A stretch of DNA of 64,000 bases. Origin: Minutocellus sp. GHC0000111. Lineage: Eukaryota. A program made the translations under genes and the position numbers. The notes under the pieces were generated by a model, which saw only the letters and a list, made by a program, of their open reading frames with translations, ran no database searches and was not told where the DNA came from. Where the stretch lies: contig OZ361256.1 of the NCBI GenBank assembly GCA_977018835.1, positions 7,440,001-7,504,000 of the forward strand, given 5' to 3'. Positions 45,765 to 55,736 of the stretch are shown one piece after another; position 1 is the first letter of the stretch, and the number at the start of each line of letters is the position of its first letter.

Positions 45765-46253
45765 ATATTGGCGTGATGATATACACATCTTGTTGGCAAT
45801 GGCTACACGCGAATGCATAAGGTAACGGGTCGCGACGATAATGATGGCGGCGCAATCCTTTTGGGTGCTGTTGGCTGGCTTGGTTTTGTTTGAACCACAA
45901 CACGCCCACATAATAGGCGTCCCAGTCTCTTTCCTCTGCCGAAGGCGGTAGAGACATTATGACGGAAAATAGACGTCCACCTCAACCAATCCTGTAACAA
46001 TGAATCAATATTATTAGTAAGCTTTTACGAAATAATGTACCTGTACCGTACGGTACAGTGGACTGTACTGGCAGAACTCCCCTATTCACTTGGAAGGCAG
46101 GCGACGAAGGCAAAGCCAGCCGCCGAAAGAAATGTTTCTCTCTTCCCTTTTATTCTTTCCTCTCTTATCTTATTTTTTCACAAAACCACACTCCCATTTT
46201 CCTCCTCGCGCTCGCTCGCTCGTCATAAAACTCGCCGATACCGTTCCGCCACC

Positions 46254-47008
46254 ATGCTCGGCTCTCTCGCACGTGCCGCCCGGATGGGTGCCACCCGAAG
46301 GGTTGGCACCTTCTCCTCCGCCACCTCCACCGGTGTCCGATCGAAGAGCACCGCCAGTGGACCGGGAGTCCCTCCCGCCCTCCTTACCAACTGGTACAAC
46401 ATGTGAGTTTGTTTTACCGGTCGGCGACCAGACGAATCGGTGGATAACACATGCTCCGTTCCGATACGTGCGGTGGTGCACTGTAGATTGAAATAAGGGT
46501 AGATACGGAGAGATGTGCCGTTGGAGTGATAGGGTGTGGCGTTGTGTCGTCGGCAGCTCCCGGATTCGAGGCTGCGGCGATCAGCACTCGCAGAAAGTTT
46601 CGGTCGATTTCGGGGAGTGGAACATTTTTTGGAAGTCGAAGGGAAGGGGCAGCGCCACCCCTGAAGGAATCAACGCACGCGCCTCGCGCACTTTGTACCC
46701 CCTATGTATTATTTCGCACGCTTCAATAGAAACTCACCTTTGTTTGCTCGCCTCTTCCCCAATCGACCGATAGCTTCGGAAAGTCGAACGTTGCATACAT
46801 CACCTGGATTGTTGGCGGCATCCTCGTCGCCGAGGGCTTCACTGGCGGCATGACCGACATGCTCTGGAGCTCAGCAAATAGCGGACGATTGTATGAGAGT
46901 GTTGACTGGACCAAGTTTGTTGTTGAGGATGACGACGATGATGATGACGATGATGATGAGGACGAGGATGAAGATGAGGAGGAGGGTGACGACGACGACG
47001 AGGAGTAG
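46254..47008 (+). CDS. QCR9: Cytochrome bc1 subunit 9 (QCR9/UQCR10)-like; intron 46403-46773
   Basis: Spliced product ...WYNIFGKSNVAYITWIVGGILVAEGFTGGMTDMLWSSANSGRLYESVDW matches the QCR9 pattern Y..F....Y......G....E......D..W...N.G+L. Exon 2 is missing from the ORF track. Confidence 0.8.
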
Positions 47009-47113
47009 AGCAAGGGCGCTTCCCTTAAAATCGCTGTCGGCTTGTAACCTAACGACACAATTCACAGATATTTGCTGTTATATATGCACAAAACCTTTAT
47101 TTTTAGCCATCTA

Positions 47114-49088
47114 TCATCGCATAACAGGTTCACCATGAACATTAATGCTTGATATGCAGATGCAATCCCAATCCAAATTTTGGTCGAAAACGAAGCTGAC
47201 AGCCTCGATGACCGCCGATTCTTCATCACCGGACAAGAGCTTTCCTGAGAAGAGTGACGGCATTGCATCGCTAGTAGAGCTACTGGATTGCAAATTAGAG
47301 CTATCGTCATCATCCTGGCAAGATGATTTCGGGCCTTCATCTTCATAACTTACCGTACACTGACCAGACATTGGCCCATCCTCTTCTTCATCGTCGTCAC
47401 GAGAAGGCGCCTGGGGAGCATCGTTGAGGCCTTGACTGCTTACACAGAAGGTATCCCTGCTTCGAGTCGAGGCTTCATAGACAAAATGACCCAGCATGAT
47501 TGCACGGTCGTCGTATCCTATTTGCTCGCAGGCTTCCTTTTCTTCTCCTCCGAGGCTCAGCCAGCAGGGCTGGAAACCTTCGACGGATATGCTGAGGTCA
47601 GTGGAGTTGATCAGTGGCGCTGTAGAGCCACAGTGGTTCAAATTGACAGTAAAGCCTGTAAGAAGAACAGGATAGGCCAACCGAATAGTTATTCTTGACT
47701 TTTCCTTGATTGATATCGGATAACAGGAGCCGATGTCGCTATCGGAGTCAAGAACGGTCGAGGCCGAGTAACTGTGGCCCTTCATGGGAATCTGTGTTAG
47801 GCGTGTGGAGAAAAATGATATAGAAGAGAAATATGAGCGTTTAGATTTGACACAGCACGCACAAACATTTACCCGAGGCTTCGTCCCGCCACTTTTCAAC
47901 CACAAAACTTACCAAATCTTCAACCTTGGTTTCATACCAGCTGCCATCAGTCGCCCAATCCAGCGCATATTCCCAATCTTCGGGGATAAATTTGCGCCAC
48001 CATATATCCCCAAGACGGGTGCCATTCTCATTGGACTTTGGTACAAGGTAAGGGCTGCTGGTCATTGGCCGTCTATCGCGTCCTTCTCCATAAACGATGC
48101 TTCCTCCGTTGGCGGAGCTGGCGTGATCGTACAATGCCGATCCACCAGGACTGGCCCTGTTATGGAGTGATGCAAAGACCACGGAGGTCGTGTCCGGCAA
48201 CGCCGCACACTGCTCTGACAAGGCATCATAGTCAGGATTCTCCGATGTTGGTGCCACGGCATCCACCTGTTCCACGGCCGAGGAAATCTTGGCAATGCGC
48301 GCCTCCGTGTAGTCGTCGATCGATTTCGTCAGCATATCGGTCGTCCAACGCTCCAGCTTCTTCTCGCTCTGTGACATGATGATGGCCCGGTCCAAAACCC
48401 GAGCCAGCGCATCCTTGGGAACGTATTCGGCTCTTGCTGCCGAGTCTGATGGCGGGGAACAGGTACCGGGAGCATCGTTGCTACTGTCGGCATCCCCTCC
48501 CTCGCCAGCTGCACCAGATGAGGAAGAGCACGAGGCATAGGTATCATCCCAAGCCGCTCGGCGGTCAACTTCGGCCTCATAGGTGGCATTCACTCGGTCA
48601 ATAATAGTCTGCAACTGTGCCTTGTTGATGGCGGCAATTCTATCCAATAACTTTGCCTGCCGTTCGGCCAATGCATCTCGTCGGGCACTGAGCGGTTCGA
48701 TGAGGGTCGTCGCATCAGAGCCCGAGCCCGAGCCAGAACCATCTTTTGCAGATCGTTTCCCCTCCAAGAGACTGGACACCCCAGATACCTTGGATTGAAG
48801 TTGGTCGATCCACATGTCGAGTTCCGATGACAATGCCTCTAGGTTCACCGCCGGTGGGGAAGTACCATCAGCGGAAGCAACACCGCCAGGTTTGTGCTTG
48901 TTTTGGTTGCTCGAGGCAGTACCGGCTGCATTGCTCGTGATGACGTGTGAACAGCACAGGACACACAACAAAATTTGCCACGACGATAGGGATGTCATCA
49001 TGTCTCGTCTTCTCTTCATGGTTTTGGATTGCGCAGCATACGCTTGGGGTGGTCTACGAACGGTCCTTGACCCCTCGCATTTCAGCAT
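47114..49088 (-). CDS. SUN-domain nuclear envelope protein; intron 47792-47912 (start may be 49019 or later)
   Basis: Hydrophobic N-terminus and coiled coil, then YDHAS..NGGSIV, TSSPY, GSCYP, ITIRL, LGHFVY, CISSINVHGEP. Phase-0 GTAAGT..CAG splice. Confidence 0.8.
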
Positions 49089-49634
49089 GAGTTGTGCCGT
49101 TTCTTCCTAGGACTTCTCATTCTTTTTCTTCGTAATGGCAATTTCCTCTTTCTTCTTTCCCTTTCTCAAACATGCACATTCTTCAATTTGAGCTCATAAC
49201 CTAGAAAGTTTTATGCCCCTTTCCGGGTCTCCAAGAAACTTCCGGGGGTCCCCACTTGTTGCATTGGTCTCGCGGCGAGAGTGCAACTGACGTACCATCG
49301 CTTCATGTTTCTGAGGACCATAAGTTCCCATTGACAGGACCGTGGATGCTCGCTTACCCAACAACCCCCCACCATCGAAGAAGTCTCTCACATCATTCCA
49401 AGGAGGGATTGCGTGTGCGGTGGTGGGCCGTGGTTGTTGCGTAGTTTTTTTGGCACGCGATCGATCGATTCAGTCCATTTGTGTTGTTGTGCGACCGCGC
49501 ACGGAAGTCATTTTGATTCTTCCGTTTCTTCAAGGTTCGATTGGGAAGTTTGGGGATTTTGACGTGATCCATCGTCCCAGAAAACACCACCTACACACAA
49601 TAAACAGACGGCAACCATTCTGGATCTGGAGATA

Positions 49635-52600
49635 ATGTACCCGCTCTCGGCCCTGGCCGCCGCTGAGGCGTCACCGAACGATGCGGCCGATGGTTCGGCG
49701 GGAGGCCTGATGCCCGCATCGACGTCGACCATCCTTTCGGTCGAGGTCCCTCAGAGCGTCAGCCTATCGTCGGCCGAGGAGGTTACGGCGGCCTCGGCAA
49801 CGGCGGCGGCGATGGCGGCCCAGCACTACGGAAACATGCCCCCGCCGGTGTCCTCCGCCGGCGTTTACATAAATGGCACATACAATTCACAGTACCATAA
49901 TCATCATCACGCACAACATCATCAACATGAGCCGCATCAATACCAAGCGCAATCAGCACCGTCATCGTCGTCGCATCACATCTTCTCCTATTCCTCGGAG
50001 CATTTTGCTCCGGAGCCGGCATCGTCTTCCATTCTGGCCCGAGCGGCGGTGCCGTCGCATCATGCCTATCAGAATGGACACGGATCTGCGGGGGGCAACA
50101 ATGGTTTGTACTGCGGGTCCGGCGGCGGCGGCAGACATGTCGCCGCCGGTAGGTCGACCTATGCCCGCGACCACGACGACGATACGCAGCGCAAGCCACC
50201 CAGCCTGGCCAAGTATATGGCATCGCTCGGCAAGGGGTTGCCGCAGAAGCCACGGAAGCAGCGGCCGAAGCGATCGGCGTCACTGGGTACGTCCCGTTCG
50301 TCGTCGAGGTCGTCCAGCCCGACCAATTCGACTTCCGGGGGACATCACAACAACTCTGACGGAGATGGCGGAGGAGGAGGCGTCGGAGGTCCTCCCGACG
50401 GCGGCCTTGTCACCGAGGACGACATGATGTACGAGTCCGAGTCGGACGCAGCCGCGGCAGGAGCAGGTGGAGGCCGATCGAAGCGCAAGTCGGCCAAGGC
50501 CGCACGGAACTACCTACAGCGCGTCATGCGCTATGTGCAGGGGAAGAAGTCCACGGCGGCCTTGGCCAATGGGTCTCACCCTCGCAGCGGCTTTGGCGGC
50601 GACGACGATGACAACAATTCTGCATCAACTTCCACCAAGGGACGGAAACGATCGGCATCTCCGACGCCCAACGGCAGCGGCGGCGGGGGTGAAGGTGACG
50701 ACGGTGGTGAGAGCAAACGGAAACGAAGAAAGGACAAGGGCGGTTCCAGAAAACGCAAGCCATCGTCCTCCGGCAGCAATGCCCGGGTCGTTTCCAACGA
50801 ATCTACCACCGACGGTAAGAAGGCCAATGGGTACGACGATTCCGACGTAGATATGGCCGACGATGATGCCAGTTCCGACTCCCTTACCTCCGACGTCGAT
50901 GACATCTCGTCCTCCGAGGATGAGGATGAGGCCGAACCAGAACCAACCTTCCACGAGGTCAAGAAGGACGATTTGTCCGAAGATTCTCGCGTCCTCGTCG
51001 CCTATCGCAACTCCCTTTACAAGGCGACCATTCGAAAGGTCCGGAACAGAGAAGGGAAGGAGACCGATTACCTCATCCATTACGATGGCAACAAGAAGTC
51101 CAACGTCCACTGGGTGCCCCTATCAAAATTACGGGCTCGGCTCGATGAGCAAGATCAACCTCTCGTCGTACCTCTCACTCCTGAGGAAGAGAAGGCGCGT
51201 GAGGAGCGTAAGCTGGAAAGGGAAAAGAAGCTTAAGGCCAGGGAGGCCCGACGGAAGAAGAAGGAAGAAAAGGAGCGCCGGAAGAGGCAAAAGCAGCAGT
51301 CCAGTGCCGACGATGGTGCCGACCACGACATTAAGAATGACGCCGACGACGACGAAGAGGAGTCCGACGAGGATTGGGAGTATCCCCGCGGCAAGGATGT
51401 GTATGTTGAGTACGAGGAGAAGCTCTATCGGTGTACCATCCTCAACCGCCGAAAGAAGAAGGGGCATTATCAGTACTTTGTCTATTGGGACGGCTTCAAG
51501 AAGACGCACAACTCCTGGGTGAAGGAGGATGACATTCAAAAGATTACTGCTTACTCGTCCCGGCGTTTTAACAAGCAATCAGTAGATGAATCTTCCGATT
51601 CTGAAGAGGAAGAAGAGTGGGAATACCCCATCGGTAAGGACGTGTATGTCGAGTACGACGAGCGACTGTACAGGGCCACCGTGATGAATCGACGGATGAG
51701 GAAGGGTTCGTATCAGTATCTTGTTCATTATGATGGATTCAAAAAGGCATCTGATGGCTGGGTCAAGGAGGACAATGTTCACAAGATTACTGCCTACACT
51801 TCTCGACGCTTCAACAAGCAGAATGCCGAGGAGGAGGCGCCGGAAGAAGAATCAGAGGAGGAGGAGGAAGAGGAGGAGGCAGTCGAAGAGGAAGCCGACG
51901 ACAAGGTCGAAGAAGAAGATTATCCGGAGGGCACTGTTGTGTACGTCGAATATAACGATCTGCTCTATCGTGCCACCGTACTGGACAGACGTATGCGAAA
52001 GGGATCCTCCGAGTTCTTTGTCCACTACGAAGGTTACAAGAAGACGGCCGACCGATGGGTCAAATACGCCGATGTGCACAAGAGGACCGCCTACACTTCC
52101 AGGCGATACAACAAGGAACGAAGACTTGCAGAAGCTGGTGCCGCCAACGGCGGTGCCAATGATTCCAAGTCCACCGCGTCGGCCAGTAGCCGATCCAAGG
52201 CACCATCTGAGGTCGACCTCTCCGACGAGGACAATATGCTGCTCGATATGAAGGGTATTCAATCTGGCGTTGAGTTCCTCCCTGGATCTTCCGTTTTCGT
52301 CAAGTGGAAGGAGGCCTTGTATCTGGCCAAGATGGTGAAGCGCCGCATTCGTGCTGGTGAGACGCAGTACTTCATCACATACAATGGCTTTCGGGATAGC
52401 TCCAACGCTTGGGTATCGTTGGACAATATCTACGAGATCAACCCTCAAACGAGGAAGATTTTCGAAAAGAAAGACACCAAACAAGTGCGGACCAAAACTA
52501 GTCAAGAACATTTGAATAGAGTGACGGCAGGCAATGTCAGAAAGAATAAACCTGTGTCCAGACAGGTATCGAGGCAGTCATCTACCGGGTCGATGTCCGG

Positions 52601-52844
52601 TCTAGATGCTCTGGAACAAGTCGAGTCGGGCGTTTCCTTCATGCCGGGATCAACCCTCTTCGCGAAGGTTGGCGATGAATTGCACCTTGCAAAGATGGTG
52701 AAAAAGAGGGGCAATGCCGACACCTATATGGAATACTTTGTCAGCTACACCAAGAAGAAGAGGACGGTAGATGTCTGGGTGAAGCTTGACAATTGCTATG
52801 AGATCAATGCGCAGACAAAACGGATCTACAACAAGCAGAAATAA
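49635..52844 (+). CDS. Nuclear protein with six chromo-barrel (Tudor-knot) repeats
   Basis: Six units of the form LY.A.+......Y.V.Y.G......WV, resembling MRG15/MSL3/Esa1 barrels. Basic NLS-like and acidic linkers. Confidence 0.85.
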   Translation: MYPLSALAAAEASPNDAADGSAGGLMPASTSTILSVEVPQSVSLSSAEEVTAASATAAAMAAQHYGNMPPPVSSAGVYINGTYNSQYHNHHHAQHHQHEPHQYQAQSAPSSSSHHIFSYSSEHFAPEPASSSILARAAVPSHHAYQNGHGSAGGNNGLYCGSGGGGRHVAAGRSTYARDHDDDTQRKPPSLAKYMASLGKGLPQKPRKQRPKRSASLGTSRSSSRSSSPTNSTSGGHHNNSDGDGGGGGVGGPPDGGLVTEDDMMYESESDAAAAGAGGGRSKRKSAKAARNYLQRVMRYVQGKKSTAALANGSHPRSGFGGDDDDNNSASTSTKGRKRSASPTPNGSGGGGEGDDGGESKRKRRKDKGGSRKRKPSSSGSNARVVSNESTTDGKKANGYDDSDVDMADDDASSDSLTSDVDDISSSEDEDEAEPEPTFHEVKKDDLSEDSRVLVAYRNSLYKATIRKVRNREGKETDYLIHYDGNKKSNVHWVPLSKLRARLDEQDQPLVVPLTPEEEKAREERKLEREKKLKAREARRKKKEEKERRKRQKQQSSADDGADHDIKNDADDDEEESDEDWEYPRGKDVYVEYEEKLYRCTILNRRKKKGHYQYFVYWDGFKKTHNSWVKEDDIQKITAYSSRRFNKQSVDESSDSEEEEEWEYPIGKDVYVEYDERLYRATVMNRRMRKGSYQYLVHYDGFKKASDGWVKEDNVHKITAYTSRRFNKQNAEEEAPEEESEEEEEEEEAVEEEADDKVEEEDYPEGTVVYVEYNDLLYRATVLDRRMRKGSSEFFVHYEGYKKTADRWVKYADVHKRTAYTSRRYNKERRLAEAGAANGGANDSKSTASASSRSKAPSEVDLSDEDNMLLDMKGIQSGVEFLPGSSVFVKWKEALYLAKMVKRRIRAGETQYFITYNGFRDSSNAWVSLDNIYEINPQTRKIFEKKDTKQVRTKTSQEHLNRVTAGNVRKNKPVSRQVSRQSSTGSMSGLDALEQVESGVSFMPGSTLFAKVGDELHLAKMVKKRGNADTYMEYFVSYTKKKRTVDVWVKLDNCYEINAQTKRIYNKQK

Positions 52845-53179
52845 AAATGACGGGCCAACCAACGATCTGAAATGTTATGCGACCGTTTCCCTCCAAGGTC
52901 AAATAAATAGATTGGTTTCAGAGAGGTTTTTTATGCATGGGGACAGATCTAGATCTTGCTACGTGTATTGGATGATTTTATGTGCTGGATGTAAAAGAAA
53001 TCATGAAGATGATTCCTTTGAATCAATCTTCCAGTTGCCTCTTTTTTTGCATCTGGCCTACATAATTTTATGTAAATACAGCTGCTTTCTAATACTCGTT
53101 GCATATTGTACCGGTATTATATCGTGGTATGGTGGATTCATAGCTTGTTTATTTTTATTCTTAAATTTACATCATTTAT

Positions 53180-54823
53180 TTATCCGACAGTTTCAAGCTG
53201 GATGATACCGAGGCACTGCCGCTCCTTGAGGAATTCTTTGTGTGCAGGATGATCTTCAGGGAAGAGGGTAAATGTAACCAAAAAGCTAGGAACAACCATG
53301 CGACTGTCAGTCAGCACATCTCTCAGGGTTGCCGCAGGATGGACACGAACAACCGAGGAAGGGTCGGGCTTGGCCCAAAGACTTCCGTGAGCCTTCTTCC
53401 ACGCCTTTCTCTGCTGGTGCAGCTTCTTTCGCTCGACGAGACGGGCGAGGTTGGACATCTCCTCTCCTTCATCGCCCTTGAGGGCGCGAGAAGACTCAAA
53501 GAATCGCATTGCTTCTCCTTGTGTCTTTAGGCGCTCCACAGATTCCGGATGGACGGGCTCGCCCTTGCGCTCAGTGCAATGTACTTCAAAGTAGATGGCA
53601 AGATTGGTGCACTTGAACTCGTTGTTGTAATCCCACGGCATATGTGTTTCGATAGACCCGGTATCTTCCGGCTCGGGGAACATTTCCGCCATCCGGAGGG
53701 CAAGCATTTCGGATTCGCCAAAATGTCTCACAAAATCTGATTGGCGATGCGAGGGATAGATGAACATGACAGGCCACGTCCACTCTCCATCGATCTGAGA
53801 ACGTTCTGGAAGCAGTCCAGTGTGAGGGAAGTGGTTGTGCCAACGAGCCTCTTGGGCTTCGTCATCTTCACCGAGCTCTTCGTCTTCTTCGTCCGTCACA
53901 GACGCAACGAGGGGAACTCGTCCTAGGCCAATACCAGACTCATCGCAATGCTTCCACACTCCCTTCACCTTGACTGCCCGTTCGGCTCTGGCCCTCTCCC
54001 TCTTTTGCCGCTCTTGTCGTGCCTTCCGAATCTTACCCTCGAGGAGCTTTTGCAATTTGAGCAGATCGGTATTCTTATCCTCTCCAGGAACGGCCAGGCC
54101 AGACTCAATGGCGTCTCCGGCTTCCTCCCATTTCTTGAGCATCTGATTGGCCTTGGCAAGGCGATACCATGCCTTGACATTTTTGGGATCGTATCCAACT
54201 GCCTTGGTTGCATCCTCCCGAGCGAAGCCCCAATTTTTGAGCATGGTGTGCGCCATGGCAGCGTTGGAACAAAGCGTCGCCTTGACAGCATCAAGTTCTT
54301 CCTTGGTGTAGAACGGTCCCTCCTCGAGAGGTTGGCCTTTCTCATCCTTCTCGGGTTCATATCCTGGCTCTACAGGATTCACTCGGTCAGCATGGAACGA
54401 CGCCTCGTAGTAATGATTGACCGCATCTCGGTAGTACTGCACGTTCTTTGCCACATTCTTCTTACCCGAAACGAATGCATCATTTCCCTTCTTCTTACAG
54501 CTGAGCATCATAACTTCCGGTGGGTCATCGTACTGCAAACTCGCGAATGCCTCGGTCAGACCAGTGCGTTCCAGCTCATCCTCCGTGCTGGCGAAGAGCG
54601 GGGGGATGTAGTCATCGTCGAGAATCTTGTCCAGATAGGCCTGCCGTTCACCATCCTTCCAACCCTTGCCCTGCTCAATGGCCAGAGCAATTGCCTCGGA
54701 CAGAAGCTTATCGGTGTCGTCTGGTCCATCTGGATTGGCGGCATCCTCTGCGTCCCACTCCGCCTTCTTTTTGGCCATTGCCTCCATCAATTCATCGTGC
54801 TGCTTTTTGGCTTCGGACGTCAT
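53180..54823 (-). CDS. TTC4: TPR co-chaperone TTC4/Cns1
   Basis: PLF motif, K.KGN..F, SNAA.A...LKN, NVKAWYR.AKA, wheel-domain WPVMFIYP...QSDF...F.E, WD. Confidence 0.88.
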   Translation of the reverse strand: MTSEAKKQHDELMEAMAKKKAEWDAEDAANPDGPDDTDKLLSEAIALAIEQGKGWKDGERQAYLDKILDDDYIPPLFASTEDELERTGLTEAFASLQYDDPPEVMMLSCKKKGNDAFVSGKKNVAKNVQYYRDAVNHYYEASFHADRVNPVEPGYEPEKDEKGQPLEEGPFYTKEELDAVKATLCSNAAMAHTMLKNWGFAREDATKAVGYDPKNVKAWYRLAKANQMLKKWEEAGDAIESGLAVPGEDKNTDLLKLQKLLEGKIRKARQERQKRERARAERAVKVKGVWKHCDESGIGLGRVPLVASVTDEEDEELGEDDEAQEARWHNHFPHTGLLPERSQIDGEWTWPVMFIYPSHRQSDFVRHFGESEMLALRMAEMFPEPEDTGSIETHMPWDYNNEFKCTNLAIYFEVHCTERKGEPVHPESVERLKTQGEAMRFFESSRALKGDEGEEMSNLARLVERKKLHQQRKAWKKAHGSLWAKPDPSSVVRVHPAATLRDVLTDSRMVVPSFLVTFTLFPEDHPAHKEFLKERQCLGIIQLETVG

Positions 54824-55077
54824 GATCAAAGAGTGGTGGTTTTGTTAAATATGGAAAGGGGACACAAAACCTTGAATGGAATGCGGAATTCGAGAATGGA
54901 AAGGTACCGGTGGCGAGGGTAAAATGAGCAATGAGGCGAATGAGCTGCCTGTTGAGACGGACGGCTCTCGCGCGTCGACGAAAATGAACGATGGACAGAC
55001 GGACACGATCGTTTTTACTCATTTTCTTCGAGCCTCCACCCCGCCCCACCCCCCGCCACAACCGCTACACTACCACC

Positions 55078-55533
55078 ATGTCCGCAGCCGCTGCATCTCA
55101 GCGGACAACAGTCCTCAGCACATATCGCATCCTTTCTCGGTTGGTGCGATGCATGCCAGAATCGAAACAGGCGGCAGGTCTCAAGGAATTGCGAGAGGGG
55201 TACCGGAAAAATATCGCAGCAAAGGAAGACGAAGTACAAGACCTTATCAACGAAGCCGGGAAGAAGATTGCCTATCTGCGCATTATAACGCCCAAGCGTG
55301 AATGGACCGGTTCGGCGGCAGCAACAGAAGAAAAATCAGAAGATGGCACAACTCGATGGGTGTACAGCAGCGATGGCAAGTCGGCAGATGGAAAAGGTAC
55401 TGTCCGACGGACGGGGCAGGTTCATTCGAACTGGGATGGGAAGAACCTCGACCCTTGCTCTGTGAAAAGACATAATCAGCAATTGAAGAGGGCTGGGTTT
55501 GTGAACAATTTACATGCCAAGGGCTTGTTCTAG
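55078..55533 (+). CDS. LYR-motif (Complex1_LYR-like) small protein
   Basis: VLSTYRILSRL...LREGYRKN....EVQDLINEA...YLRIITP. Confidence 0.75.
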   Translation: MSAAAASQRTTVLSTYRILSRLVRCMPESKQAAGLKELREGYRKNIAAKEDEVQDLINEAGKKIAYLRIITPKREWTGSAAATEEKSEDGTTRWVYSSDGKSADGKGTVRRTGQVHSNWDGKNLDPCSVKRHNQQLKRAGFVNNLHAKGLF

Positions 55534-55736
55534 AGTTCTGATTGGGTATGCTGGAGTGACATTGGAGAGTGGCATGTACTGCGTATAAAAGCCGTGAAGT
55601 TTGATCAGAATGACTACGCAGCTAAATTTACCTTTGGTGTGTACCTAGTGGTAGGTAGTTCTTGAACAAGCAAGCCTCTTCAGACTCTATGTCTATCTCA
55701 TTAGCAATCGTTATTGTGCCGCCTCAAGCCTATGGT

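Noticed and set aside
47792..47872. Shorter SUN intron using the GTAAAT donor at 47872
   Set aside because: Wrong phase. The GTAAGT donor at 47912 joins the exons in frame.
37246..54922. Long antisense or off-frame ORFs (e.g. 37246-38067, 39242-40114, 44298-45239, 53948-54922)
   Set aside because: Shadows of GC3-biased genes, with no recognisable motifs.
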